DNA of 64,000 nt from Candidatus Eiseniibacteriota bacterium. GTDB taxonomy: Bacteria; Eisenbacteria; RBG-16-71-46; CAIMUX01; VGJL01. Both the position numbers and the translations under genes were made by a program. Each line of letters starts with the position of its first letter. The stretch's first letter is position 1. The stretch covers positions 32,001-96,000 of the forward strand of contig JBHGAY010000007.1 of the NCBI GenBank assembly GCA_041946735.1, read 5' to 3'. The notes under the pieces are model-generated. The model did not search any database and was not told where the DNA came from. It worked only from the letters and a program-made list of their open reading frames with translations. Below, piece by piece: positions 39,744-47,793 of the stretch.

Positions 39744-42616
39744 CAGTAGACGAGGATGAGCGCTCCCGGCCCTCGTGAGCGAAGCGTGGGCAGCACGGCG
39801 GCGACTTCCTCCGGACGAACTCGCGCCGGAGCGCGGATCTCTTCGTCGATGCCCGCCGGGTCGCGCCCTTCGAGGATCGCCTGGCCCGCCGCGGCGGCGC
39901 GGTTCATGCGAGTCGCGCGACGCATCAGCGACCGTCCGTACGCCTGCGCTCCCTGGGTGCGGATCGCCGCCGAATCGGGCGAGGCGGCGAGGCTCGCCTC
40001 CAGCTGCTCGCGGAATCCTTCCACGATCCTCGGGATGTTGGAGGCTCCGGTTCCCGCCGAAGCGATCCAGATCACCGTTCCGTCGTCGGCGCGTTCGACC
40101 GAAGAGCCGATGGAATAGGCGAGTCCTTCTTTCTCGCGGAGCTGGAACTGGATGCGCGCGGAGAGCACGGCGTTCCACACCTCGACGGCCGGGAACCGCT
40201 CCGCCGAGACCTGCCCGAGCGGCACCGCCCACGTGACGGCCCCTTGGCGGGCGCCGATCCGCCGCACCTGCACGTAGGTCGACTCGGGGACGGAGATGCC
40301 CTTGAGGTCGGACGGCAGCGGATCGCTTTGGGCAAGGCGCGCGCGGATCGAGGCGGCGATGCCGCTTCGTCCGGGCAGGGGAGGGGCGGAGCCCCCGGCG
40401 GGGATCGAGCCGAAGCGCTTCGCGAAGAGATCTCCAATCGTTTCGGGAGGGAGGCTCGTCGCCACGACCAGGAGGAGCCTCGAGCCGACGAGAGCCTGAT
40501 CGGCGTACGAGCGGAGCGCTTCGGGGGTGATGCGCTCCAGGCTCGCGACGGTGCCGAAGAGAGCGCGGCTTCGCGGAGTCCCGCCATAGAGGGCATCGCG
40601 AAGCAGCTGGCGAGCGGTCGCCCCGGCGCTCGACGCGGATCGCTCCGCCTGCGATCGCATCGCTCCTCGAGCTTCCTCGAAGGTGTCGGGGCGAATGTCG
40701 CGGGAGCGGATCATGTCGGCGAGGATCGAGAACGCCTCGGGAGCGAAGCGATCCAGTGTCTGCAGTCGGACGAAGGCGTAGAGCGGGGTCGAGTAGTAGT
40801 CGTCGTAGGGGATCGAGGGATCGTCCGCGGTCTTCAGCTCGGCGCCGATGGCGCGCAGCCGATCGGAGAAGGGAGCGGGCGACTCGCCCCCGGAGCCGGC
40901 CGGCAGGAGCCGCTGGAGGAGTTCCGCCATCCCGTCCATCCCTGCAGGCTCAGCCGCCGATCGTCCCTTGAGAAAGAGGTGGAGCGCGAGGACAGGGCTC
41001 TCCGGGCTCGACAGGACCAGCAGTTGCGCGCCGTTCGGAAGTGTCCGCTCGACGAGGCTCGCCGCGGAGCGAGCGGAGTCCGCGGCGGCTGCGGCCGGCT
41101 CGGCGCCTGAAGCGGGAAGCGCGGTCACACGGCACGCGGGGCCGCGGGCGAGCCGCTCGGCAGCCCGCACGACCTCGGGCAGCTCGAGTCGCTCGAGAGC
41201 CGGCGCGAGCCCAACGATCCCAGGGAGGCCCTGGGCCGCGACTCGCTCGCCTTCGAGGACTCCGTAGTAGTGCGGCTTCTCGCGAAGGAAGAACTCGGCC
41301 GTCTCGCGAGACACCTTCCACGCCTCGAGGGCAGCGGCCGTTGGCGCCGGCCGGGGAGCGCCGGCGATCTCCGAGAGCGCGCCGGCCAGCTGGTTCGGAT
41401 CGGTGGCCGCGTCGGCTTCGACCCGGTATCGGAGCAAGCAGCCGCCGGGGACCATCTCCAGGCGGGCGCCGGCCGAGCGGATCGCCCCGGGGAAGCGGTC
41501 GCGGATGGCCTGATTCCACGGAGCGGTATCCTCGCCGGCGAGGAGATCGACGGCGCACTCGGAGGCAAGGAAGTCGGCGCCGGCGGGATCGGGCCCGGGC
41601 CACGTCCACTCGACGAGGAGCCCGCTCGGGTCGCTGCCCGGGAAGGCGAGCTCCTGTCCGTAGGAAACGATCTCGGCGGGCGCCGGCGGGGGAGGCTCCT
41701 GGCCCGGCGGTTCCGCTCCGAAGGTCTCGCGAAGGTGTCGCTCCATCCCCTCGGGATCGAAGTCGCCGATCGCGACGACGGTCATGTTCTGGGGGACATA
41801 GAAGCTCCGGTAGAACTCGAGGATCTCCTCGCGAGTCATCGACTCGATGGAGCTTCGGCTTCCGAGGACCGGCAATCCGGCTCCCTGGGGCCCGAACACT
41901 GCCAGATCGAGCATCCTCTCTTGCTCGAAGTCGCCCCGATCCTGGTCGCGGGCGAGCTCCTCGAGGATGATGCCGCGCTCCTTCTCGAGCTTCTCGGGAG
42001 GCAGGGTCGAGTGGAAGAGCATGTCGCGCTCGATCTCGAGACCCGCACGGGCGTTCTCCGCCGGCACGACCATCATGAAAACGACGTGCGTGCGCGCGGT
42101 CGTCGCGTTGCTGTAGCCGCCGAGCGCGTCGACAGCGTCGTACAGCTGCTCCTGGCTCCGCGTCTCGGTGCCATTGAAGAGCAGGTGCTCCAGGAAGTGG
42201 CTGGCCCCGTTCGTGGCCATCGTCTCGCGCGCCGATCCGGAACGGATCACGATGCTGATTCCCACGAGCGGGGCCGCGTGGCTCTCGATCAGCAGGTAAC
42301 CCGTCCCGTTGTCCAGGTAGCCCCAGCGAGGCGGCAGAGCGGTCGGACCGGCGTCGCCGGCGGGTGGAGCGACGGCGGCCATGGCGGCCATCGGGTCAGA
42401 AGGATTGGCCCGTGCGGCGGAGGCGGCCGCCGGAGGGACGGCGAAGAGTTGGAGGCAGATCGCCGCCCCGGCAAGCCCGAGCACGCCGGCGCGGACGGCG
42501 AAGGGCAGGAGGAAACGGGCGTTTCGACGGCCACAGAGCCCCCGGAGAGGTCCGGAGCGAGCAGCGGGGGCGGCTGATGCGGGGCGGCCGGTGGAGGCCG
42601 GAAAACAGGCCCACAA
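39743..42616 (-). CDS. M16 family zinc peptidase (four-domain, secreted; start uncertain)
   Basis: GASHFLEHLLFNGT (HxxEH), NATT, EKERGIILEE, second half with LREKEGLAY; signal peptide FLLPFAVRAGVLGLAG; TTG at 42616 chosen as the start downstream of dif. Confidence 0.88.
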   Translation of the reverse strand: MWACFPASTGRPASAAPAARSGPLRGLCGRRNARFLLPFAVRAGVLGLAGAAICLQLFAVPPAAASAARANPSDPMAAMAAVAPPAGDAGPTALPPRWGYLDNGTGYLLIESHAAPLVGISIVIRSGSARETMATNGASHFLEHLLFNGTETRSQEQLYDAVDALGGYSNATTARTHVVFMMVVPAENARAGLEIERDMLFHSTLPPEKLEKERGIILEELARDQDRGDFEQERMLDLAVFGPQGAGLPVLGSRSSIESMTREEILEFYRSFYVPQNMTVVAIGDFDPEGMERHLRETFGAEPPGQEPPPPAPAEIVSYGQELAFPGSDPSGLLVEWTWPGPDPAGADFLASECAVDLLAGEDTAPWNQAIRDRFPGAIRSAGARLEMVPGGCLLRYRVEADAATDPNQLAGALSEIAGAPRPAPTAAALEAWKVSRETAEFFLREKPHYYGVLEGERVAAQGLPGIVGLAPALERLELPEVVRAAERLARGPACRVTALPASGAEPAAAAADSARSAASLVERTLPNGAQLLVLSSPESPVLALHLFLKGRSAAEPAGMDGMAELLQRLLPAGSGGESPAPFSDRLRAIGAELKTADDPSIPYDDYYSTPLYAFVRLQTLDRFAPEAFSILADMIRSRDIRPDTFEEARGAMRSQAERSASSAGATARQLLRDALYGGTPRSRALFGTVASLERITPEALRSYADQALVGSRLLLVVATSLPPETIGDLFAKRFGSIPAGGSAPPLPGRSGIAASIRARLAQSDPLPSDLKGISVPESTYVQVRRIGARQGAVTWAVPLGQVSAERFPAVEVWNAVLSARIQFQLREKEGLAYSIGSSVERADDGTVIWIASAGTGASNIPRIVEGFREQLEASLAASPDSAAIRTQGAQAYGRSLMRRATRMNRAAAAGQAILEGRDPAGIDEEIRAPARVRPEEVAAVLPTLRSRGPGALILVY

Positions 42617-42663
42617 GGGCGCGGAGCCACGTCGATCGGTCGCCAGAGCTGGCCTCGGACCTG

Positions 42664-42691
42664 ATGTCGCATAAGAAACATTATGTAACGT
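42664..42691 (+). other. dif: dif-like XerCD recombination site (chromosome dimer resolution)
   Basis: ATGTCGCATAA-GAAACA-TTATGTAACGT versus E. coli GGTGCGCATAA-TGTATA-TTATGTTAAAT; AT-rich island, intergenic, near the gene-strand switch. Confidence 0.85.
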
Positions 42692-43331
42692 AACGTCCAG
42701 ATCGGAAGCCCCGCCCTGATGGCCCCTCGAACCTCTTGATCCGCCGAGCATCCTGCCTCCCCTCCTCTCCGTCCCTTCCGCCCCTTCCCGGTTCTCCGCC
42801 CCTCGATCGCGAATCCGGCTCTCCGTCTCTGCCTGCTCTGCCTGTCTGCGACGCGCTACCTGCGTGTTCGTCTCCGTCGTCCTCGTTCGGCGAGGCTCGT
42901 CCGGCAACTCGCGAAGCCTTCGAACTCCGCGATGCGTTCCGCCCGGCGGACTCGTGCAGGCCGCAGGCCGCGTATGCGCTTCGCCTTTACGCGGCCCCGT
43001 GCCCGCCGCTCCATCTCGCGGCCCGCCGCCGCCGCAATCGCCACCCGCGTGCCGCGTTGCCTCGTGCCACTCGAGCGCTCGGACCCCGCTCGTCGCCTGA
43101 GCACGCGTCCGGCACGCCCGATGCATGGCCTGGCTGCACGAAGGCGAGAGAGAGAACGACGCGAGTCTTCGGCAACTGCTCGTCTTCCCGATCAGAGACG
43201 AATCTGCGGCGCACGTGAGCAGTCCTGGCCGACCACGGGCCACTGACACTGGATGGGTCCCGTTCAACGTCGCCAGGCACGGCCCTCGCGGAGGAGCCTC
43301 TGAGCATCGACCGGCTCCGGCCGGTCCGCAT

Positions 43332-43380
43332 TCGGGGTCCCCGGCTACGGCCCTTGGGACCCCGATTCCTTTCCTCTCCT
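43332..43380 (+). terminator. Hairpin with pyrimidine tail
   Basis: TCGGGGTCCC / GGGACCCCGA stem followed by TTCCTTTCCTCTCCT. Confidence 0.5.
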
Positions 43381-43429
43381 CTCCTCCGCCGCGCGAGCTC
43401 GATCGACACGCTCGCTCGCAGCCCTCGCT

Positions 43430-44359
43430 TCACCCGAGATCGGCGAGCCTTTCCCTTGAACGCGAAGCGAACCAACCCTCGGGCCGGACCTCCAGGAGCT
43501 TGCGGAACGAGTCGCGCGCCTTCTTCCGGTCGCCGACGGCGAGCGATGCTTCCCCGAGCAGATAGAGACCTTCGGCGTAGCGATCCTTCCCCTTGTTCTT
43601 CTTCACGAAGCGCTCCGCCTCCTTGCGCGCCTCCTTCGAGTCGCCCGCCCGCAACAGAATCCGCGCGCGGTCGAGACGGAGATCCCAGATCGAGTCGCGG
43701 AACTGCTTCTCGGGGTCCCCGGCGAACAAGGTGTCCATCTGCGCCTTCGCCTGGGAGAACTCCCCTTTGTTCTCGAGAAGCAGCGCCAGATCTCGGCGTA
43801 CTTCCAGCAGTTCCGGATGGTCCTTCAACCTCGTTCGTAGGGTGAATTCACGCCCACTCGTGTCGAGGAACCGGTCAAGGGTCGTCGCGAACCGGGTCGG
43901 GGGCTGATAGCCGCGGACCATCTCGATCGCGCTGCCGTCCGGATTCAGGAAACCGATCGTCGGATAGGCCCGGACGCCATAGCGCTCCGCCAGATCCCGC
44001 CGGCCTTCGGCGTCGACCTTCACGCAGACCATCCGCTTGCTACGCTCCACCACTTCCGGAGCGACATAGGTCTCTCGGTCGAGCACTTTGCACCAGCCGC
44101 ACCATCCCGTGTAGAAGTCGACCATCACGATCGATCGCTCGAACCGGGCGCGCTCGAGCGCCTGCTCGAAATCGGGAGCCCAATCGATCTCCGCCTTCGC
44201 GCCGCTCTCCGGAGGAGGAGACGCATCCTCGGCTGCCGCGACAGCCGCCGCGAGCCCGGTCCCGGCGATCGCCATGGCGAGGACCAGCCGGAGCGTCAGG
44301 CGAAGGGACGAAGAGGCGGCGTTCGCCGTCCCTCTGGAGCGCGCCCTAGAGCGCGCCAA
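43430..44359 (-). CDS. Exported thioredoxin-fold protein with C-terminal TPR (start uncertain)
   Basis: Signal-like segment, IDWAPDFEQAL..., VDFYTGWCGWCK, YGVRAYPT cis-Pro, TPR helices. Confidence 0.85.
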   Translation of the reverse strand: MARSRARSRGTANAASSSLRLTLRLVLAMAIAGTGLAAAVAAAEDASPPPESGAKAEIDWAPDFEQALERARFERSIVMVDFYTGWCGWCKVLDRETYVAPEVVERSKRMVCVKVDAEGRRDLAERYGVRAYPTIGFLNPDGSAIEMVRGYQPPTRFATTLDRFLDTSGREFTLRTRLKDHPELLEVRRDLALLLENKGEFSQAKAQMDTLFAGDPEKQFRDSIWDLRLDRARILLRAGDSKEARKEAERFVKKNKGKDRYAEGLYLLGEASLAVGDRKKARDSFRKLLEVRPEGWFASRSRERLADLG

Positions 44360-44678
44360 AGGATCGCTCCACCTGGGCGAGAAGGGCGGCCTTTCCGGCC
44401 GCGCCGCTCGTCTGCCCGACCGCCTGCCCGTCCTTGAAGTAGATCAGCGTCGGAATGCTCTGGATTCCGTAGCGCGTCGCGATCACCGGATTCGTGTCGA
44501 CGTCGATCTTGACGAACTTCACCTTGCCTTCAAGCTCGCCCGCCAACTCCTTCAGCGTGGGGGCGAGCAGCCGGCAAGGACCGCACCAATCCGCCCAGAA
44601 GTCTACGATCACCGGAACGCGGCTTTGCACGACCTCGCCCTCGAAGGTGGCGTCGGTAACCTCCTCGACCAGACTCAT
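44346..44678 (-). CDS. trxA: Thioredoxin
   Basis: VDFWADWCGPCR, YGIQSIPTL; AAGGAG upstream; 110 aa. Confidence 0.95.
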   Translation of the reverse strand: MSLVEEVTDATFEGEVVQSRVPVIVDFWADWCGPCRLLAPTLKELAGELEGKVKFVKIDVDTNPVIATRYGIQSIPTLIYFKDGQAVGQTSGAAGKAALLAQVERSFGAL

Positions 44679-45718
44679 CGCTTCTCCTTCTGTTGCATCT
44701 GTTGGGTGGCGCTCGCGCCGGGCCGTGCGGCGCGGCCGGAGCAGAGCCGGACGATCATCTCCTCGAACGCGACGTCCTGGAGGCTCGACGGGATCTCCCC
44801 CGTCTTGACCGCGCGCTCCAGACGATAGCATGCGCGCAGCAGGCGGGACACCCGAGGGCCGATCCTCCCACCGCTCGCGCCGCCGGAACCTCTTCCCCAT
44901 CCTGTCGCAAGATGCTTGCTGCCGAGCATCCAGGTCATGGCCGGCACCGTGGCGTTCCTCTGCACCGAAGTCCACGCGAGGAGCGCTCGCGGGGCGTCCC
45001 CGACGAGCAGGGCCTCTTCGAGATCCGCCAGGCTGCCGACCACGCCCGACCGCAACCAGTTCTCCAGCGTGGCGTCGTCCACCTTGCCGTCCGGGCCAAG
45101 CCGGAGCGCCAGACGGTCGATCTCCTGGGAAAGGTCGAGCAGGTTCGGGCCGACGGCGGCGACGAGGCGCCGCGCCGGATGCTGTGGAAGCGTCAAGCCG
45201 TGCCGCTCGCGCGCCATCCGGATGATGAGCGCCACGGCACGCTCCGGAGACGGATGGTCGCACCGCACCACGGCGTCGCATCTTTCGAGCGTCCCCTTGA
45301 CGAACTCGTTCGCCCGCTCCAGCTCCCAGACCTGCTTCTCGGTCGTGAGAACGAGATGCACCCCCGGTGCCGGCTGCTCCATCCACTCCCAGAAGTCGGC
45401 GCGGTCGGCCTGGGCCGCCCGCCCGTAGCGCTCGGGCTCGCTCAGGACGACGAGCCGCGATTCGGCGAAGAGGCTGGTGACGCGGAGACCGGCGGAGAGG
45501 ACCGACAGGGATGTCTCGCGCGCCTGGTACAGCTCGCGGTTCCACCGTCCCTCCCCGCCTTGCCCGGCCAGGACCGAGCGGGCCATGCGGGAGAGGATCG
45601 CGTCGCGCAGCAGGACCTCCGGGCCGCTCACGAGGAGGGTCGAAGGGGCGCCGGCCTTTTCCAGGATCTCGAGGAATCGATCGAACTCGAGCGGGCGGGT
45701 TCCCCAGGGCGGCTTCAC
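44675..45718 (-). CDS. holA: DNA polymerase III delta subunit (divergent)
   Basis: LLVSGPEVLL, SLFAESRLVV, VGPNLLDLSQEIDRL, ERAVKTG; follows lptE as in the usual lptE-holA order. Confidence 0.8.
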   Translation of the reverse strand: MKPPWGTRPLEFDRFLEILEKAGAPSTLLVSGPEVLLRDAILSRMARSVLAGQGGEGRWNRELYQARETSLSVLSAGLRVTSLFAESRLVVLSEPERYGRAAQADRADFWEWMEQPAPGVHLVLTTEKQVWELERANEFVKGTLERCDAVVRCDHPSPERAVALIIRMARERHGLTLPQHPARRLVAAVGPNLLDLSQEIDRLALRLGPDGKVDDATLENWLRSGVVGSLADLEEALLVGDAPRALLAWTSVQRNATVPAMTWMLGSKHLATGWGRGSGGASGGRIGPRVSRLLRACYRLERAVKTGEIPSSLQDVAFEEMIVRLCSGRAARPGASATQQMQQKEKR

Positions 45719-46278
45719 CACTGCTCCATCGCGCGGGCCAGGATGTCCTCGGCCAGCTCGCCGATCGCCTTCGCTCGCGCCTGCGCTTCGGTCGACAGGG
45801 CCTCTCCCCCCGCGCCGCTCGGCGCATAGACCGCAGAGACGGTGAACGTCTCGTCTTTCCATAGGTCCCGGCTCTTCGCCTGGTCGCGCAACGTCGCCCG
45901 CACGTTCAGCACGACGATGTAGTCGAGCGGGACGTCTCCCTGATAGTTGTGCACGCGGTTGTCGTAGCTCGTGACGGAGCCGTGCACCACGACGTCTGCG
46001 CGGCTCTCGCCGACGAGCTTCAGGCGGCTGTCGGAGAGGAACCTCTGCGTGACCGCCTCGGTCACCTGGTTGGCTACGTCGGGCTCGAGCGTCGCGTTCT
46101 CGAAGACCGGCACGGCGACCGTCTTCATGTAGGGCGGAAGAGAGCTGCTGGAGAAGGAGTAGAGGCCGCAGCCGCCGGCGGCGAGCGAGAGGGAGAGGGC
46201 AAGCGCGAGCGCGGGGGCGAAGAGGTAGATGTGGGACGGTCCAAAAGGGAGCCCGTGGAAAGCTACGCGCCTGCGCAT
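45715..46278 (-). CDS. lptE: LPS assembly lipoprotein LptE family
   Basis: Lipobox AGGC-GLYSF, KTVAVPVFENAT, ADVVVHG.V, terminal W; upstream of holA. Confidence 0.8.
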   Translation of the reverse strand: MRRRVAFHGLPFGPSHIYLFAPALALALSLSLAAGGCGLYSFSSSSLPPYMKTVAVPVFENATLEPDVANQVTEAVTQRFLSDSRLKLVGESRADVVVHGSVTSYDNRVHNYQGDVPLDYIVVLNVRATLRDQAKSRDLWKDETFTVSAVYAPSGAGGEALSTEAQARAKAIGELAEDILARAMEQW

Positions 46279-46284
46279 GCGGGC

Positions 46285-46314
46285 AGTATACGGAACGGCC
46301 GGACGGTGCGGCAA
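46285..46314 (-). promoter_or_regulatory. sigma70 promoter for lptE-holA-trxA (likely leaderless)
   Basis: Minus strand TTGCCG-18 bp-TATACT, ending 6 nt before the ATG at 46278. Confidence 0.6.
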
Positions 46315-46365
46315 TCGCCCCGCCCGGCCTCGCATTCGCGACCCGGCCGCTCCCCCGCCGCGGCT

Positions 46366-47793
46366 TCAGGCGGCTCGCCGGTGGCGCTCCTCCTTCAGGC
46401 CGTACTGCTTCATCCGGTAGCGGAGCTTGTCGCGCGTCGTCCGCAGCAGCTCCGCAGTCTTCGTCTGGTTCCATCCGGTCGCGTCCGAGGCGCGGAGGAT
46501 GAGCCCCCGCTCGATCTCCTCGACCCAGCTCTCGAACGGAATGCCGGAGGGATCGATCCGCCCGTCGACCAGCACCGCCTGCAGCGAGTCGAGCAACGCG
46601 CCGCCTTCGCGTGGATTCTCCTCATGCGCGCCCAACTTGAGATGTCCCGGTTCGATCCACTCTCCGTCCTCCAGCAGGACGGTCCGCTCGAACGCGTTTC
46701 GCAGCTCGCGGATGTTCCCGGGCCAGGGGTACTCGAGCAGCAGCTGCAGCGCTTGAGGCGAGACTCCCCGGAAGCTCTTGCGAAACGCCTGGCGGAAGGT
46801 CGCGACGAAGTGTTCCGCGAGCAGCGGGATGTCCTCGCGGCGCTCGCGCAGGGGCGGCATCCGGATCGGGACGACCATGAGCCGGTAGTACAGGTCTTCG
46901 CGGAAGCGGCCCGCCGCGACCATCTTCGCCAGATCCTGATTCGTCGCGGAGATGATCTTGACCGCAACCGAGAGGTCGCGCGTCCCGCCCACGCGCCGGA
47001 ACGTCATGCTCTCGAGCACCTTCAAGAGCTTCACCTGCAGGTTCGGGCTCATCTCTCCGATCTCGTCGAGGAACAGGGATCCTCCGTCGGCGAGCTCGAG
47101 CAGCCCCTGCTTGCGCGCCCGGGCGTCGGTGAACGCTCCCTTCTCGTGACCGAACAGCTCGGTCTCGAGCAACTCGCGCGGGATCGCCGCGCAGTTGATC
47201 TCGAGAAACGGCCCTTCGGCGAGCGGCCCCATGTCGTGAATGTAGCGGGCGATGACCTGCTTGCCGGTTCCGCTCTCCCCTTCGATCAGCACGCTCGTCG
47301 TGTCGCTCTTCGCGACCTTCTCGGCGATCTCGTAGACGTTGCGAATCGCGGGCGAGACGCCACGGACGAAATCGCGCGCGTAGCGCTCCTTCTCGTTGCG
47401 CCTGCGGTGCGACAGCTCGCGGAACACGCGCGCGGAATCGAGCGCCTTCTCCACCACGACGCGGAGCTGCTCCAAGTTGACCGGCTTCGTCAGGAAGTCG
47501 TACGCCCCCGCCTTCATCGCGGCGACCGCCGTCGACACCTCGCCGTAGGCGGTCATGACGATGACCGGCAGGTCCTTCTCCCGCTCCCGGAGCCGTTCGA
47601 GGAGCTGGAGGCCGAGGCCGTCCGGGAGCCGGAGATCGAGCAGGACGAGATCGACCGCCTCCCGGCAGGCGATCTCCCAGCCCTCGGCCAGCGTGCCGGC
47701 TCCGTGCACCGTGTGGCCGTCTTCGGTGAGCGACTTGCTGAGGAAGTGACGCAGGGACTCCTGGTCGTCGACGATCAGGATCGAAGTGGACAT
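46366..47793 (-). CDS. sigma54-dependent response regulator (NtrC/AtoC family)
   Basis: REC domain (ILIVDD, LLDLRLPD, TAYG, KP), GESGTGK, ELFGHEKGAFTDA, FREDLYYRL, WPGNIREL, Fis-type HTH. Confidence 0.95.
   Translation of the reverse strand: MSTSILIVDDQESLRHFLSKSLTEDGHTVHGAGTLAEGWEIACREAVDLVLLDLRLPDGLGLQLLERLREREKDLPVIVMTAYGEVSTAVAAMKAGAYDFLTKPVNLEQLRVVVEKALDSARVFRELSHRRRNEKERYARDFVRGVSPAIRNVYEIAEKVAKSDTTSVLIEGESGTGKQVIARYIHDMGPLAEGPFLEINCAAIPRELLETELFGHEKGAFTDARARKQGLLELADGGSLFLDEIGEMSPNLQVKLLKVLESMTFRRVGGTRDLSVAVKIISATNQDLAKMVAAGRFREDLYYRLMVVPIRMPPLRERREDIPLLAEHFVATFRQAFRKSFRGVSPQALQLLLEYPWPGNIRELRNAFERTVLLEDGEWIEPGHLKLGAHEENPREGGALLDSLQAVLVDGRIDPSGIPFESWVEEIERGLILRASDATGWNQTKTAELLRTTRDKLRYRMKQYGLKEERHRRAA

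Noticed and set aside
42617..43267. N-terminal ~217 aa of the 1174-aa ORF 39743..43267
   Set aside because: Low-complexity Arg/Gly/Ala sequence upstream of the signal peptide that runs through the dif-like site; most likely an open frame by chance in GC-rich DNA.
43190..43340. Identification as RNase P RNA, SRP RNA, tmRNA or a known riboswitch
   Set aside because: Hallmark motifs (GAGGAAAGUCC, SRP GGAA/AGCAG loop, tRNA-like ends) were not found on either strand.
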